A stretch of 64,000 nt of DNA from an uncultured Alphaproteobacteria bacterium (GTDB taxonomy: Bacteria; Pseudomonadota; Alphaproteobacteria; Rhizobiales; Xanthobacteraceae): positions 86,694 to 150,693 of the forward strand of contig CAWEMK010000001.1 in the NCBI GenBank assembly GCA_963810125.1, in the 5' to 3' direction. Below, piece after piece: positions 47,646-57,553 of the stretch. Positions within the stretch are counted from its first letter, which is position 1. Each line of letters starts with the position of its first letter. A program made the position numbers and the translations under genes. Below the pieces are notes generated by a model. That model saw nothing but the letters and a program-made list of their open reading frames with translations, was not told the DNA's origin and did not search any database.

Positions 47646-47680
47646 TCTCATCTGGCTGAATCGACGCAGATGAGATTTCT
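47646..47680 (+). terminator. Rho-independent terminator-like hairpin
   Basis: Perfect 9-bp stem tctcatctg (47646-47654) / cagatgaga (47667-47675), a 12-nt loop, then tttct. It starts 13 nt after the stop of the orphan ORF. Confidence 0.55.
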
Positions 47681-47743
47681 GCATCAGTTTATTTTGCGTG
47701 CGCACACTGAATTAAAAATGCTTGCGGCGGTCGAGGTGCCAAG

Positions 47744-50700
47744 ATGAGTGATGTACGGCGAAACATTGACCTCGCGATCATCGGTCTTTCCTGTCGATTT
47801 CCTGGCGCGGCCACCGCCGACGAGTATTGGAAGAATTTGTGCGACGGCGTTGAGTCGATCGCTTTTTTTTCAGATCAGGACCTTGTTGCAGCCGGCGTCG
47901 ACCCTGCCCTGGTCGCTAATCCACGGTACGTAAAGGCTGCGCCGATGCTGCGGGACGTCGAGATGTTCGACGAATCGTTCTTCGGTTACTCCCCCAAAGA
48001 CGCCGCACTGATGGACCCGCAGCATCGCTTGTTCCTGGAGGTGTGCTGGGAGACATTCGAAAACGCGGGCTATGACCCGGTTGGCTACCCCGGGAAAGTT
48101 GGTGTGCTCTCGACCGCCGGCGGCGTCGTTACAAGCTATCTTCTGGCAAAATTGCACCACGCAGATTTTCCTGGCCAGACAGCCAGCACTTCGCACATCA
48201 ACAATGACAAAGATTTCCTGAGTACCCGCGTTTCCTACAAGCTGAATCTCAGAGGCCCCAGCTTTACGATTCAGTCGGCGTGCTCGTCGTCTTTGCTGGC
48301 AGTCCACCAGGCATGTCAGATCCTCAGGTTCGATGAGTGCGATATGATGCTGGTCGGAGGCTCGGTAGTACGCGTGCCCCAGATCGAGGGGTATTTGGCA
48401 GAAAAACGAAACGTTCATTCGCTCGACGGGCACTGCCGTCCCTTCGACTCGGTTGGTCAGGGGACTATTTTTGCCAGCGGTGTCGGTGCCGTGTTGATCA
48501 AGCCCCTGCAGCGCGCTGTCGCCGATCGCGACCATATTCTTGCGGTGATCAAAGGGACTGCGGCGAATAACGACGGGTCCGCCAAAAGCAGCTACACCGC
48601 GCCGAGCCTGGGCCAGCAGTCCCAGGCGGTCGTTGATGCCTTGAATTTGGCTGGAGTCAGCGCTGACAGCATTGGCTATGTCGAATGCCACGCCACCGGC
48701 ACGACCGTAGGCGACCCGCTGGAAATCGAAGCCCTAAGCATGGCCTTCCGAAAGGAAACTGGCCGCAAGCAATACTGTGCCATCGGTTCGGTCAAGGCCA
48801 ACATCGGGCATCCGGAACAGGCCGCGGGAATCGCCGGCCTTATCAAAACCGCGCTTGTGCTTCATCACAAAAAGATTCCGCCGAGCATCAATTATGAAAC
48901 ACCGAATCCGGCAATCAACTTCGCATCGTCGCCGTTTTACGTAAACACGAAGCTCCAGGATTTTCCTCGTGCTGACACGCCGCGGCGAGCCGCGCTCAAT
49001 AGTTTGGGAATCGGCGGCACGAATGCTTTCGCCATCCTCGAGGAGGCGCCGCCGCCCGGCGCGATCGCACACCAGTCGCCAGACCAATTTCCGTGCCTGG
49101 TCACCCTCTCCGCCAAAAGTGCTGACGCATTGGTGGCGCGTGTCGAGCAACTTCTGAACTGGCTCAACGACAATCCCGACGCACCGATTGGTGATCTTTG
49201 CTACACCACCAACGTCAGCCGAAGCCAGTTTGCCTTCCGCTTCGCAGCGTCCGCCCGATCAGTAGCGGAGCTGCAGAAGCACCTTGCATCATGGCTGCGA
49301 ACGGCGGCCGATCCGGCGAATTTACGACGCACCGGCAGTGCGCCAATCGCGTTCATGTTTTCCGGCCAGGGATCACAGCATGCGGGCATGGCCGCACGGC
49401 TCTATCGCACACACTCTGTTTTTCGGAATGTCATGGATCGCTGTCATGCCTTGGCGAAATCGGATCTTGAGCACGGCTTGCTCGACGTGATTTTTGCAAA
49501 GGACAGCGATGCGGCATTGGTCAACCGCACCGACTACACTCAACCTGCGCTGTTTGCCGTTGAATATGGCCTCGCCGAGCTCATGAAATCCTGGGGCATC
49601 GCACCCGACGCAGTGATTGGGCATAGCCTGGGAGAGTTCGTCGCTGCCTGTGCAGCGAATGTCATGACGCTCGAAGACGCCATGCGTCTGGTCATTGCTC
49701 GCGGTGCCTTGATGCGCCAATTGCCGAACGGCGGCATGGCCGCGATATTCGCGTCAGAATCCGTGGTGCGTGAGTTCATAGACAAGAGCGCGCCCCGGTT
49801 GGCTGTGGCCGCAATGAATGGGCCCTTGAATTCAGTCGTGTCAGGCGACCGGGATGAATTGAAAGCGCTATTGCAAGAGTTGGACCGACAAAACATTGGC
49901 TATCGGGAATTACAGGTTTCCAACGCTTTTCACTCGGCAAGTACGGAGCCCATTCTTGATGATCTCGAAAATATTGCGAGCCAGATCAAGTACAACCCGC
50001 CCAAATTACCCCTGATATCCAACCTCACCGGCGGGCTGATGTCGGCCGCGCCTGATAAAATCTACTGGCGGCGGCACCTTCGTGAACCAGTGCGGTTCGG
50101 AGACGGGATGCATGCGTTGGATGAGCTCGGCTGCCGGACGTTTGTTGAGGTCGGCCCACACCCGGTGCTGCTGCCAATCGCACAGGCTTGCCTTGGACAA
50201 AAAGCCAGGTCCGCCGGCTGGGCAGCTACGCTCAACCGTCAAAAGTCGGACGCCGACTCAATGTCCGAAATGCTGGCCGCGCTGTATCGCGCCGGCCACG
50301 ACATAAATTGGGCTGCTGTGCATGCCGACGCGTCGTGGCGCCGAATTCCCTTGCCCACTTACCCCTTCCAGCGCAAGCGCCACTGGATCGAAGACAACGC
50401 GATCCGTCCCGAACAAGTACGAACCGTTGCCGAACGACTTCATCCGCTGGTGGGCGCTCGCATAAAATCTACGGCTAATGAGGTCTGTTATGAGGCGCGC
50501 TACGGCGTCCACCAGGCCAGCTTCCTTACCGATCATAGAGTTGCAGGATCCATCGTCCTTCCAACCACGGCCGAACTGGAGGCAGCCACGGTCGTCGGCC
50601 GGATGCATTTCGCAACGTCGCAGATCAGTTTCGACAATGCGATGCATCACCGGGCGATGTCGTTTTTCAACGGCGAAGATCGGACTGTGCGGATGGTGGT

Positions 50701-53700
50701 CACTCCGCTGAAATCCGACAAAGCAAATTTCAAACTGGTAAGCGCGGACACTGACGACCCGAAGGTCTGGCAAACCCACATGACGGGCACGCTGCGCAAG
50801 TCCGAGGCGCCGTCCGGACCGGCATTTTCGGTGAAGCAGGTCCGGGCCCGGTGCCCGCAAACATTGCCTGTTGCCGACTTCTATGACCGGCTTGACCGGC
50901 TTGGGCTCGAATATGGACCGAGCTTTCGCGGCGTGCGGGAATTGCACCTCGGCCAAAATGAGGCGCTAACCAAAGTGCGGCTTCCGGACGGATTTGCAGA
51001 TGCGCAATTCGTGATGCACCCCGCGTTTTTGGACGCATGCCTGCACGCTTATCCTTTCATACTTGATGGTGCGGAGAAGGCCGAAAGAGATCGCCGCAAG
51101 GCCTACCTGCCCGTCTCGCTGGAAGGCTTCCGCTGCTACCAGGACGGGACCGACAATGCATGGGTGCACACCAGACTGCGGAGTGTCGATAAAGACGATA
51201 CGCAGGTGATCGACATTCGGGTTTACGACGAGGCCGAGCGGCCGATCGCAGATCTGGACGGACTGACCGTCCGCCTGTTGCCAATCGATAAAGTGCAACC
51301 CTCGAGCGCACGCACGGACAACTTGTTCTATCGGCCGATCTGGCGAAAGAGCGTTAGAAATTCTACCAGCCCTGAAAAGGCGCACCCGCCCGCGAGCTGG
51401 ATGATCTTTGCCGATGCAAAAGGTGTCGGTGTTGCGCTGGCCGGCAGGCTGGAAGCCGCTGGCCATCATTGCCACCTCGTCTATAGGGACAATGCTTTCG
51501 CCCACCCGGGCAAACGAACATGGACCATCAATGAAAGGCAGCCGCCCGATTTTCGCCGATTGCTGGAGCAATTCGCTGCGAGCGAGACGCTGCGATGCGA
51601 CGGCGTCGTCTATCTATGGGGGTTGGATGCCCCGTCTTTCGACGGCCTGACGCTTGCGCGATTGAAGAGCGGCAACGAGATGATGTGCCGCGGGGCGCTC
51701 GCGATCTTGCAGGCCCTTGCCGATACCCGGTCGACCATTCCGATCGGCGGCGGCCTCTGGTTTGTAACAACAAACACTCAGAAGACAGAAGGCGAGAACC
51801 AGCTTGTTGATCCGGTCCAGGCGCCGCTCTGGGGTTTAGGACGAACCGCTGCGATCGAATATCCGGCCATTTGGGGCGGGCTAATCGACTTGCAACTGGA
51901 TAATGACCTGACGCCCGATGTTGATTTGCTGGCAGCGGAATTGCTCCACCCGGATGGCGAGACGCAGATTGCCATCTCCGCCAGCGGAGAGCGCCATATC
52001 CATCGGCTCGTCACGCAATCGATTGACGCGCTGCCGGCCCAGCAACCGCGGGTGCGCGGGGACGCAACCTATCTTGTGACCGGCGGCCTGGGAATGTTGG
52101 GGCGCCGTGTCGCCCGATGGCTCATCAGCAACGGTGCGAAGCACCTTGTCCTGACGGGTCGAAATGCAAGTCCGGAAGAGGCACAGAAACTATTCAGCCC
52201 GGCAGATACGCTCGGTGTATCAATCAAGCTCGTGGCCGCAGATATTAGCCGCGACGACGACGTCAGCCGCCTCATCCGTACGATCAGCAAAGATGGCCCG
52301 CCGTTAAGCGGCGTCGTGCACTCGGCCGGCATCTTGGATGATGGAATACTGGCTCAACTGGACTGGGATCGGTTTGCGCGCGTGTTCGCTCCAAAAATTT
52401 ATGGAAGCTGGCTTCTGCACGAACACACGAAATCGCTGGAGCTCGACTTCTTCATCTTGCAATCTTCTTTATTGAGCTTGTTGGGCTCTGCCGGCCAGGC
52501 GAACTATAGCGCCAGCAATACTTTTCTTGATTCCTTGGCAGCTCACCGCCGCTCGGCAGGCTTGTCGGCCACGGCGATCAACTGGTCCGCCTGGTCAGAG
52601 GGTGGGTTGGCCACCCGTTCGGGCGCTCGCGGCGAGGAAATGTGGTCGTCGCTGGGCGTGAAATTTATTTCACCCGATCTCGCAATGCAGGGGTTCGACA
52701 GACTGATGCACCGCGATGTGGAGCAGATCGCGGTCGCAATTGCCGATTGGTCCACTTACGCCGGCAGGATGGGCAACCCCCCGTTCCTTTCCGAACTCGA
52801 TCCTGCGGACGCGGGATCTGGATCGTATCAATCAGCGCCGCGAAGGCGCGTTGCGGCTGCCCCTCCGGTTCCGGTGAACGGCGACGCACGCCAGCAGCTT
52901 TTGAGCAGATTGCAACAGCGCATCATGGCGGAGCTTGGCTTCGCTGAGCCGATCGATCCAGACCGGCCATTAAATGAAATCGGGTTGGATTCGTTGAGGT
53001 CGGTGACGCTCGCGAATAATCTGGAGGACGAATTCGGGATACTGATTTCGATCTCGGAGCTCATCACCGGACCGACGATCAACCAGCTGTCGGAACACCT
53101 GTCCGGCCTGTTTGCACAACGCGCAAAGAACGACGCCGCGGAATTCGCTGCGGCGGCGGACTCGGCGCCGGCAATTGCGGCCAATGCTCACGCGCCGGAC
53201 GAAGCGACAATCGAACCTGCTGAAAACGGAAACGGCGCGCTGGATTATTATGATGTCGGAGCAATCGGGGTGACACCGCCGGCCAATGTGTCGGGCAACG
53301 AAGCCGCCGCGGTTACTCAACCAGCCGGTGAGACTGCACCGCGCAGTGCCGGAAAATGGTTGATTGCACCGCGGCCCAATCCCGACGCCAAAGTCCGTTT
53401 GTTCTGTTTTCCCTACGCGGGCGGTGGCCTCGTGTCTTTCCGGTCATGGGCGCAGCTGTTCAATGGCGCCGTGGAGGTGGTGGCAGTCGAGCCGCCGGGA
53501 CGCGGAACCCGCATCAATGAAACGCCCGTCGACGACCTAGATAGTTTTGTCGAGGGCCTTTTGCCTGAAATGGCTCAATGGCTGGACAGGCCATCTGCTT
53601 TTTTTGGCCACTGCCTGGGCGGACTGACAATGTTTGCGACGCTGTGTGCCCTGCCGGATGCTGGCGCGCGCTTCGTCAAGCATGCCTTTGCCTGCGGCGT

Positions 53701-54157
53701 GCGCCCTCCGCATCTGCTGAAGCGCAGGCGGGAGTTCGAGGACAATCTGGTCTACGACATGATGCTGCGCGGGGAATTTGACCTGAGAATTCCTCCTTAC
53801 GCCCAGACCGACGAGATCTTCGCGGATATCATCCGGCAATTCGATACGCCTGCGGCCAACAGGATGCTGGAGATACCGAAGCTGAGGAAGGTTTTGTTGC
53901 CGACAATCCGCGCCGAGTTCGGCATGGCCTATAAATATGAGTATCAGCCTGTCGAGCCCTTCGTCTTTCCGATCAGCAGCTTCGTCGGCGATGCGGACCC
54001 TTGGGTCTCGGAAGAAGACTCCGCAGGTTGGGGCGAGTTTACCCGCGGCGGATTCACCAACCACGTGCGCAAAGGTTCACATTTTCTGATGGCGGATGAC
54101 GGCGAATACATTCTGGAAACAATTAACCGGGAATTTGAAACTTTCGTTGTGCAGTGA
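47744..54157 (+). CDS. type I polyketide synthase, single module KS-AT-DH-KR-ACP-TE
   Basis: KS: Cys180 (TIQSACSSS, 48281-48283), CHATGT, NIGH. AT: GHSLGE (Ser628), NAFHS. DH: HRVAGSIVLP (His931). KR: YLVTGGLGMLG, LDD motif, NYSASN. ACP: GLDSL (Ser1750). C-terminal type II thioesterase-like domain: FCFPYAGGG, GHCLGG, GSHF. Confidence 0.92.
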   Translation: MSDVRRNIDLAIIGLSCRFPGAATADEYWKNLCDGVESIAFFSDQDLVAAGVDPALVANPRYVKAAPMLRDVEMFDESFFGYSPKDAALMDPQHRLFLEVCWETFENAGYDPVGYPGKVGVLSTAGGVVTSYLLAKLHHADFPGQTASTSHINNDKDFLSTRVSYKLNLRGPSFTIQSACSSSLLAVHQACQILRFDECDMMLVGGSVVRVPQIEGYLAEKRNVHSLDGHCRPFDSVGQGTIFASGVGAVLIKPLQRAVADRDHILAVIKGTAANNDGSAKSSYTAPSLGQQSQAVVDALNLAGVSADSIGYVECHATGTTVGDPLEIEALSMAFRKETGRKQYCAIGSVKANIGHPEQAAGIAGLIKTALVLHHKKIPPSINYETPNPAINFASSPFYVNTKLQDFPRADTPRRAALNSLGIGGTNAFAILEEAPPPGAIAHQSPDQFPCLVTLSAKSADALVARVEQLLNWLNDNPDAPIGDLCYTTNVSRSQFAFRFAASARSVAELQKHLASWLRTAADPANLRRTGSAPIAFMFSGQGSQHAGMAARLYRTHSVFRNVMDRCHALAKSDLEHGLLDVIFAKDSDAALVNRTDYTQPALFAVEYGLAELMKSWGIAPDAVIGHSLGEFVAACAANVMTLEDAMRLVIARGALMRQLPNGGMAAIFASESVVREFIDKSAPRLAVAAMNGPLNSVVSGDRDELKALLQELDRQNIGYRELQVSNAFHSASTEPILDDLENIASQIKYNPPKLPLISNLTGGLMSAAPDKIYWRRHLREPVRFGDGMHALDELGCRTFVEVGPHPVLLPIAQACLGQKARSAGWAATLNRQKSDADSMSEMLAALYRAGHDINWAAVHADASWRRIPLPTYPFQRKRHWIEDNAIRPEQVRTVAERLHPLVGARIKSTANEVCYEARYGVHQASFLTDHRVAGSIVLPTTAELEAATVVGRMHFATSQISFDNAMHHRAMSFFNGEDRTVRMVVTPLKSDKANFKLVSADTDDPKVWQTHMTGTLRKSEAPSGPAFSVKQVRARCPQTLPVADFYDRLDRLGLEYGPSFRGVRELHLGQNEALTKVRLPDGFADAQFVMHPAFLDACLHAYPFILDGAEKAERDRRKAYLPVSLEGFRCYQDGTDNAWVHTRLRSVDKDDTQVIDIRVYDEAERPIADLDGLTVRLLPIDKVQPSSARTDNLFYRPIWRKSVRNSTSPEKAHPPASWMIFADAKGVGVALAGRLEAAGHHCHLVYRDNAFAHPGKRTWTINERQPPDFRRLLEQFAASETLRCDGVVYLWGLDAPSFDGLTLARLKSGNEMMCRGALAILQALADTRSTIPIGGGLWFVTTNTQKTEGENQLVDPVQAPLWGLGRTAAIEYPAIWGGLIDLQLDNDLTPDVDLLAAELLHPDGETQIAISASGERHIHRLVTQSIDALPAQQPRVRGDATYLVTGGLGMLGRRVARWLISNGAKHLVLTGRNASPEEAQKLFSPADTLGVSIKLVAADISRDDDVSRLIRTISKDGPPLSGVVHSAGILDDGILAQLDWDRFARVFAPKIYGSWLLHEHTKSLELDFFILQSSLLSLLGSAGQANYSASNTFLDSLAAHRRSAGLSATAINWSAWSEGGLATRSGARGEEMWSSLGVKFISPDLAMQGFDRLMHRDVEQIAVAIADWSTYAGRMGNPPFLSELDPADAGSGSYQSAPRRRVAAAPPVPVNGDARQQLLSRLQQRIMAELGFAEPIDPDRPLNEIGLDSLRSVTLANNLEDEFGILISISELITGPTINQLSEHLSGLFAQRAKNDAAEFAAAADSAPAIAANAHAPDEATIEPAENGNGALDYYDVGAIGVTPPANVSGNEAAAVTQPAGETAPRSAGKWLIAPRPNPDAKVRLFCFPYAGGGLVSFRSWAQLFNGAVEVVAVEPPGRGTRINETPVDDLDSFVEGLLPEMAQWLDRPSAFFGHCLGGLTMFATLCALPDAGARFVKHAFACGVRPPHLLKRRREFEDNLVYDMMLRGEFDLRIPPYAQTDEIFADIIRQFDTPAANRMLEIPKLRKVLLPTIRAEFGMAYKYEYQPVEPFVFPISSFVGDADPWVSEEDSAGWGEFTRGGFTNHVRKGSHFLMADDGEYILETINREFETFVVQ

Positions 54158-54186
54158 GATCTGTTTTCGATTGGTTTAAAGAACTA

Positions 54187-57100
54187 TCAGGTGCGGTAGG
54201 AACTCTTTTCCAGCCTTACCTTGGCGCGAACGAGATCCGCGGTGTCAAATCCTTCGCTGAACGTCTGGTAGATCTCGCCGAGTTGCAATCGGCCCTTGTC
54301 CGCGTCCTTTTGCAGATCGTGCAAATCGCACATGCTCAGGCAAATTTTTAGCTCAAGCGATTTTGCCTTCTGTTCGTGCGCGATCGTAAGGCCTTTGGAA
54401 AAATAATGCTGCGCCTGATCCAGGTTCTGGTTCGATCGCAGGTATGTTTCGCCGAGCAAACGATATATTTCCGCCGCATAGAAGCGCTCGACGTTCTCGC
54501 CTTCGAGCCTCAATTGCACCTGCTCCAGGAATTCGAGCGCCTGCCCATAGCGTTTGTTCTTGATGCATACATCGACCAGCAAACCCAGGGAGTACGAATT
54601 AAACAATAACGCGCCCATCGCCCTTTCTTTTTCCAGGCCTTCCTGAATTTCGGCAATGCCTTTCTCGAATTCGCCTTGCTGGGCGCTTGCCCAGCCCCGC
54701 AAAATCAGGGCCATGGCGCGATAGTGCACAAACTCATGCTCTTCGCAGAGCGCGATGGCCGCGTCAGCCTGGCTTGCCACGATCGCGGACTCGCCGCGCA
54801 GCTGGTGCACGCGCAGGCTTATTGTTCGCGCCATTGCATCGCTGAACGGATGCCGGGCATCATCGGCGTAACGGCGGGCGTCCGCACATTGCCGCAACGC
54901 CTGATCTGGATACCCGAGAAACCAAAGGGCCAGCGCGTCGTATGACCTGACATGAACGCGCGGGTCCTGCGCTGACAGGTCGAAATACGCTGCGGCCTTG
55001 CCGTCCTCGCATAATCCAAGACCGCGCTCCAGCTCGGTGTGGGCGGCGGAAAATTTGCCTTGTGCAAATGAGGTGAACCCGAGGGCTTCGTGGGCAAGAA
55101 CCCGGCAGACTGAATCGTCGATGCTCTCGGCGGATTTCAGCAAATATTCGGCAAGGGCTTGCGCCTCAGGAAGGGCCGCACGCAGGAAATTCCAGGTCCA
55201 CATACCAAACACGGCCGGAAAGGTATGTTCATCAAGTCCGCTCTCCTTGCACAGCTGGAGTGCGCGCGTATACGCGCGCTTGACACTGTCGGAACTCCAG
55301 CCCTTTGTTGTCCGCAGGGAATTGCCGAGCGAAGTTTGAAGCAGCAGCTCGAGCTTGTTGCGCACCATTGGGTCGTCGATGCCGGGAACCAATTTCAATC
55401 CCCGTTCCAGATGACCAACGGCAGCGTTCGCCGATCGGCTCAGCGCGAGGTTACCGGCTTTTAGCCAGAAGTTGATCGCGGGCTCAACGAGACCAGCTTC
55501 CGTGAAGTGGTGAGCCACGATTTCCGGCTGGCTTGCGACGATGTCGGGAAACTTTTCTTCCATCTTGCGCGCGATCTGGCCGTGCAACTGCTGCCGCCGG
55601 CTCTTGAGCAGGCTCTCATAGGCCACGTCCCGCACCAGGGTGTGCTTGAAGCTATAGACCGCTTCCGGTGGCTCGCCATGGCGGAACACAAGTTCAGCCT
55701 CCTCAAGCTGGGCGAGAGCCTGTTTCAATGCCGGTTCTTTGCGCCCAGCCACCTCACGAATGAGGGAATAAGAGAACTCGCGCCCGATCGCTGCTCCGAT
55801 TTGGCCGATCTCTTTCACCGGCGCCATCCGGTCGAGGCGTGCCATCAAGGAGTCCTGGAGTGTCGCCGGAATGGCGAGCGGGAGCAGCGCTCCACCGAGT
55901 TCGATAGCCGTCGCCGTCCTTGACCAGGATGTCTCCTTCAAGCACCGCTTTCGTGAGTTCCTCGACGAACAACGGATTGCCGTCGGTCTTGGCGATAATC
56001 TGGTTCATCACTTCGGAAGGCAGCGCATGGCCGTGGGTTACTTGCGTAACGATGCTTTCAACGTTGCCACGATCGAGGCGGCCGAGCTTTATGACGCCGA
56101 CATTTGGAAGCCCGACCCAGGGCGGTTCGAATTCAGGCCGAAGGGTGAAAAGGGCAAGGGCCGGTATCTGGCGCATTCGATCGATCATGAGATCCAGCAG
56201 CTCGAGGGAGGTGGCATCGGCCCAATGTGCATCCTCGAACAAGAGCAAGATCGGTTTCTGATGCGCCAGCCTTTCGAATTGATCGAGCAATGCCGCCAGC
56301 GTGCGGCGAAGCTGCTGCGCGGGACTGAGCGTCAAGGCCGGATACCGGCCGCTCAATGGGATCGACAGCAGCGCCGCCAGCAGCGGGACTGCATTCCGGG
56401 CTTGCGACCCGGTCTTGCCGAGAAGCGTCTCCAGTCTGTCGAGGCGCTGTTGGGACGTATCGTCCGCCTTGAACCCCGCCGCCCGCTCCAGTTGGACGAT
56501 GAACGGATAAAGCGTGCTGTTGGTGTGGTACGGCGAACACTGGTAACGCAGGACCGTGTGCGGTTCGTCGGCGATGCGCTCTTCGAGCGCCGCCGCGAGA
56601 CGGGATTTGCCAATCCCCGGTTCACCTGAGATCAGCACAACCTGACCCTCACCTTTCCAGGCCAGGTGTTGGCGCTTCTGCAGGAAATCGATTTCCTCCT
56701 CGCGGCCAATAAGATTTGTCAGGCCGGCCGTATGGACCGCCGCAAAGCGGCTCTCGGAGGCCGACACGCCATCAACCGTCCATGCCGCAATCGGCTCGGA
56801 AAAACCCTTGAACGTGTGCGGACCAAGATCGCGCAGAAAGAACCGATCGCCGATCAGCCGCCGTGTGGAGGTGGCGATTACGATTGTCCCCGGCTCCGCC
56901 AGGGCCTGAACGCGGGCCGCCAGGCTTGGCGTATCGCCAACCACAATATTCTCGCGCAAGGCGCCTTCACCACCCACCACCACCACGCCGCTGGCGATAC
57001 CGATCCGGACGGCGAGCGGCTCTTGCGCGGGCGTCTTGAGCTGTGCAACCGCGGCAATAATATCGAGCCCCGCGCGTATGGTTCGCTCGGCATCGTCCTC

Positions 57101-57553
57101 GTGGGCGCGCGGGTAACCGAAATAGGCGAGGATCCCGTCGCCACGGAATTCGGCAAGGAAGCCGTCAGAGGCGAGCGCGATGCGGGCGCAGGCCGCCTGA
57201 AAGGCATCGATTACGGCACCCATGTCTTCCGGATCAAGCCGCGCCGAAAGCGCAGTCGAGCCCACGAGATCGCAGATCATCACGGTCAAGTGGCGTCGCT
57301 CGCCGCCAACCGTCGGGGCGTAGTTGCCAGGCGTATCTTTTGCGGCTTCCCGCGCGGTGGGCGCACCGGGAACGCTGCCCGCCATCATTTTGATGGCCCT
57401 GATGAGCCGTTTCCTGTCGCCCAGCGGGATCCCGAGTTTTTCGAGATCGCCTTCCGTCAACTCAGGCAGCACATCAGTGTCGATAGCGTTCTGGACGAAC
57501 GCCGACTCATACTGTCCGAGTCCCAAAGTTCGCAGCCAGCCGCCAATGTCCAT
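54187..57553 (-). pseudogene. SAM domain-class III nucleotide cyclase-STAND/AAA ATPase-TPR protein, interrupted by a single-base insertion near 55903
   Basis: ORFs 55754..57553 and 54187..55941 overlap in different frames. Removing one base after codon Tyr (ggc tat C gaa ctc) restores ...DGDGYELGGALLPLAIPATLQDSLMARLDR.... N-terminal SAM-like (WLRTLGLGQYESAFVQNAIDTDVLPELTEGDLEKLGI), cyclase (VMICDLVGST, FRGDGILAYFG), Walker A GEPGIGKS, Walker B LLLFEDAHWAD, and a long TPR-like C-terminus. Confidence 0.8.

Noticed and set aside
47870-51571. Minus-strand ORFs of 200-273 aa inside the PKS (47870..48691, 50258..50956, 50966..51571).
   Set aside because: They are antisense to a continuous 2137-aa ORF with all PKS active-site motifs, and they have no motifs themselves.
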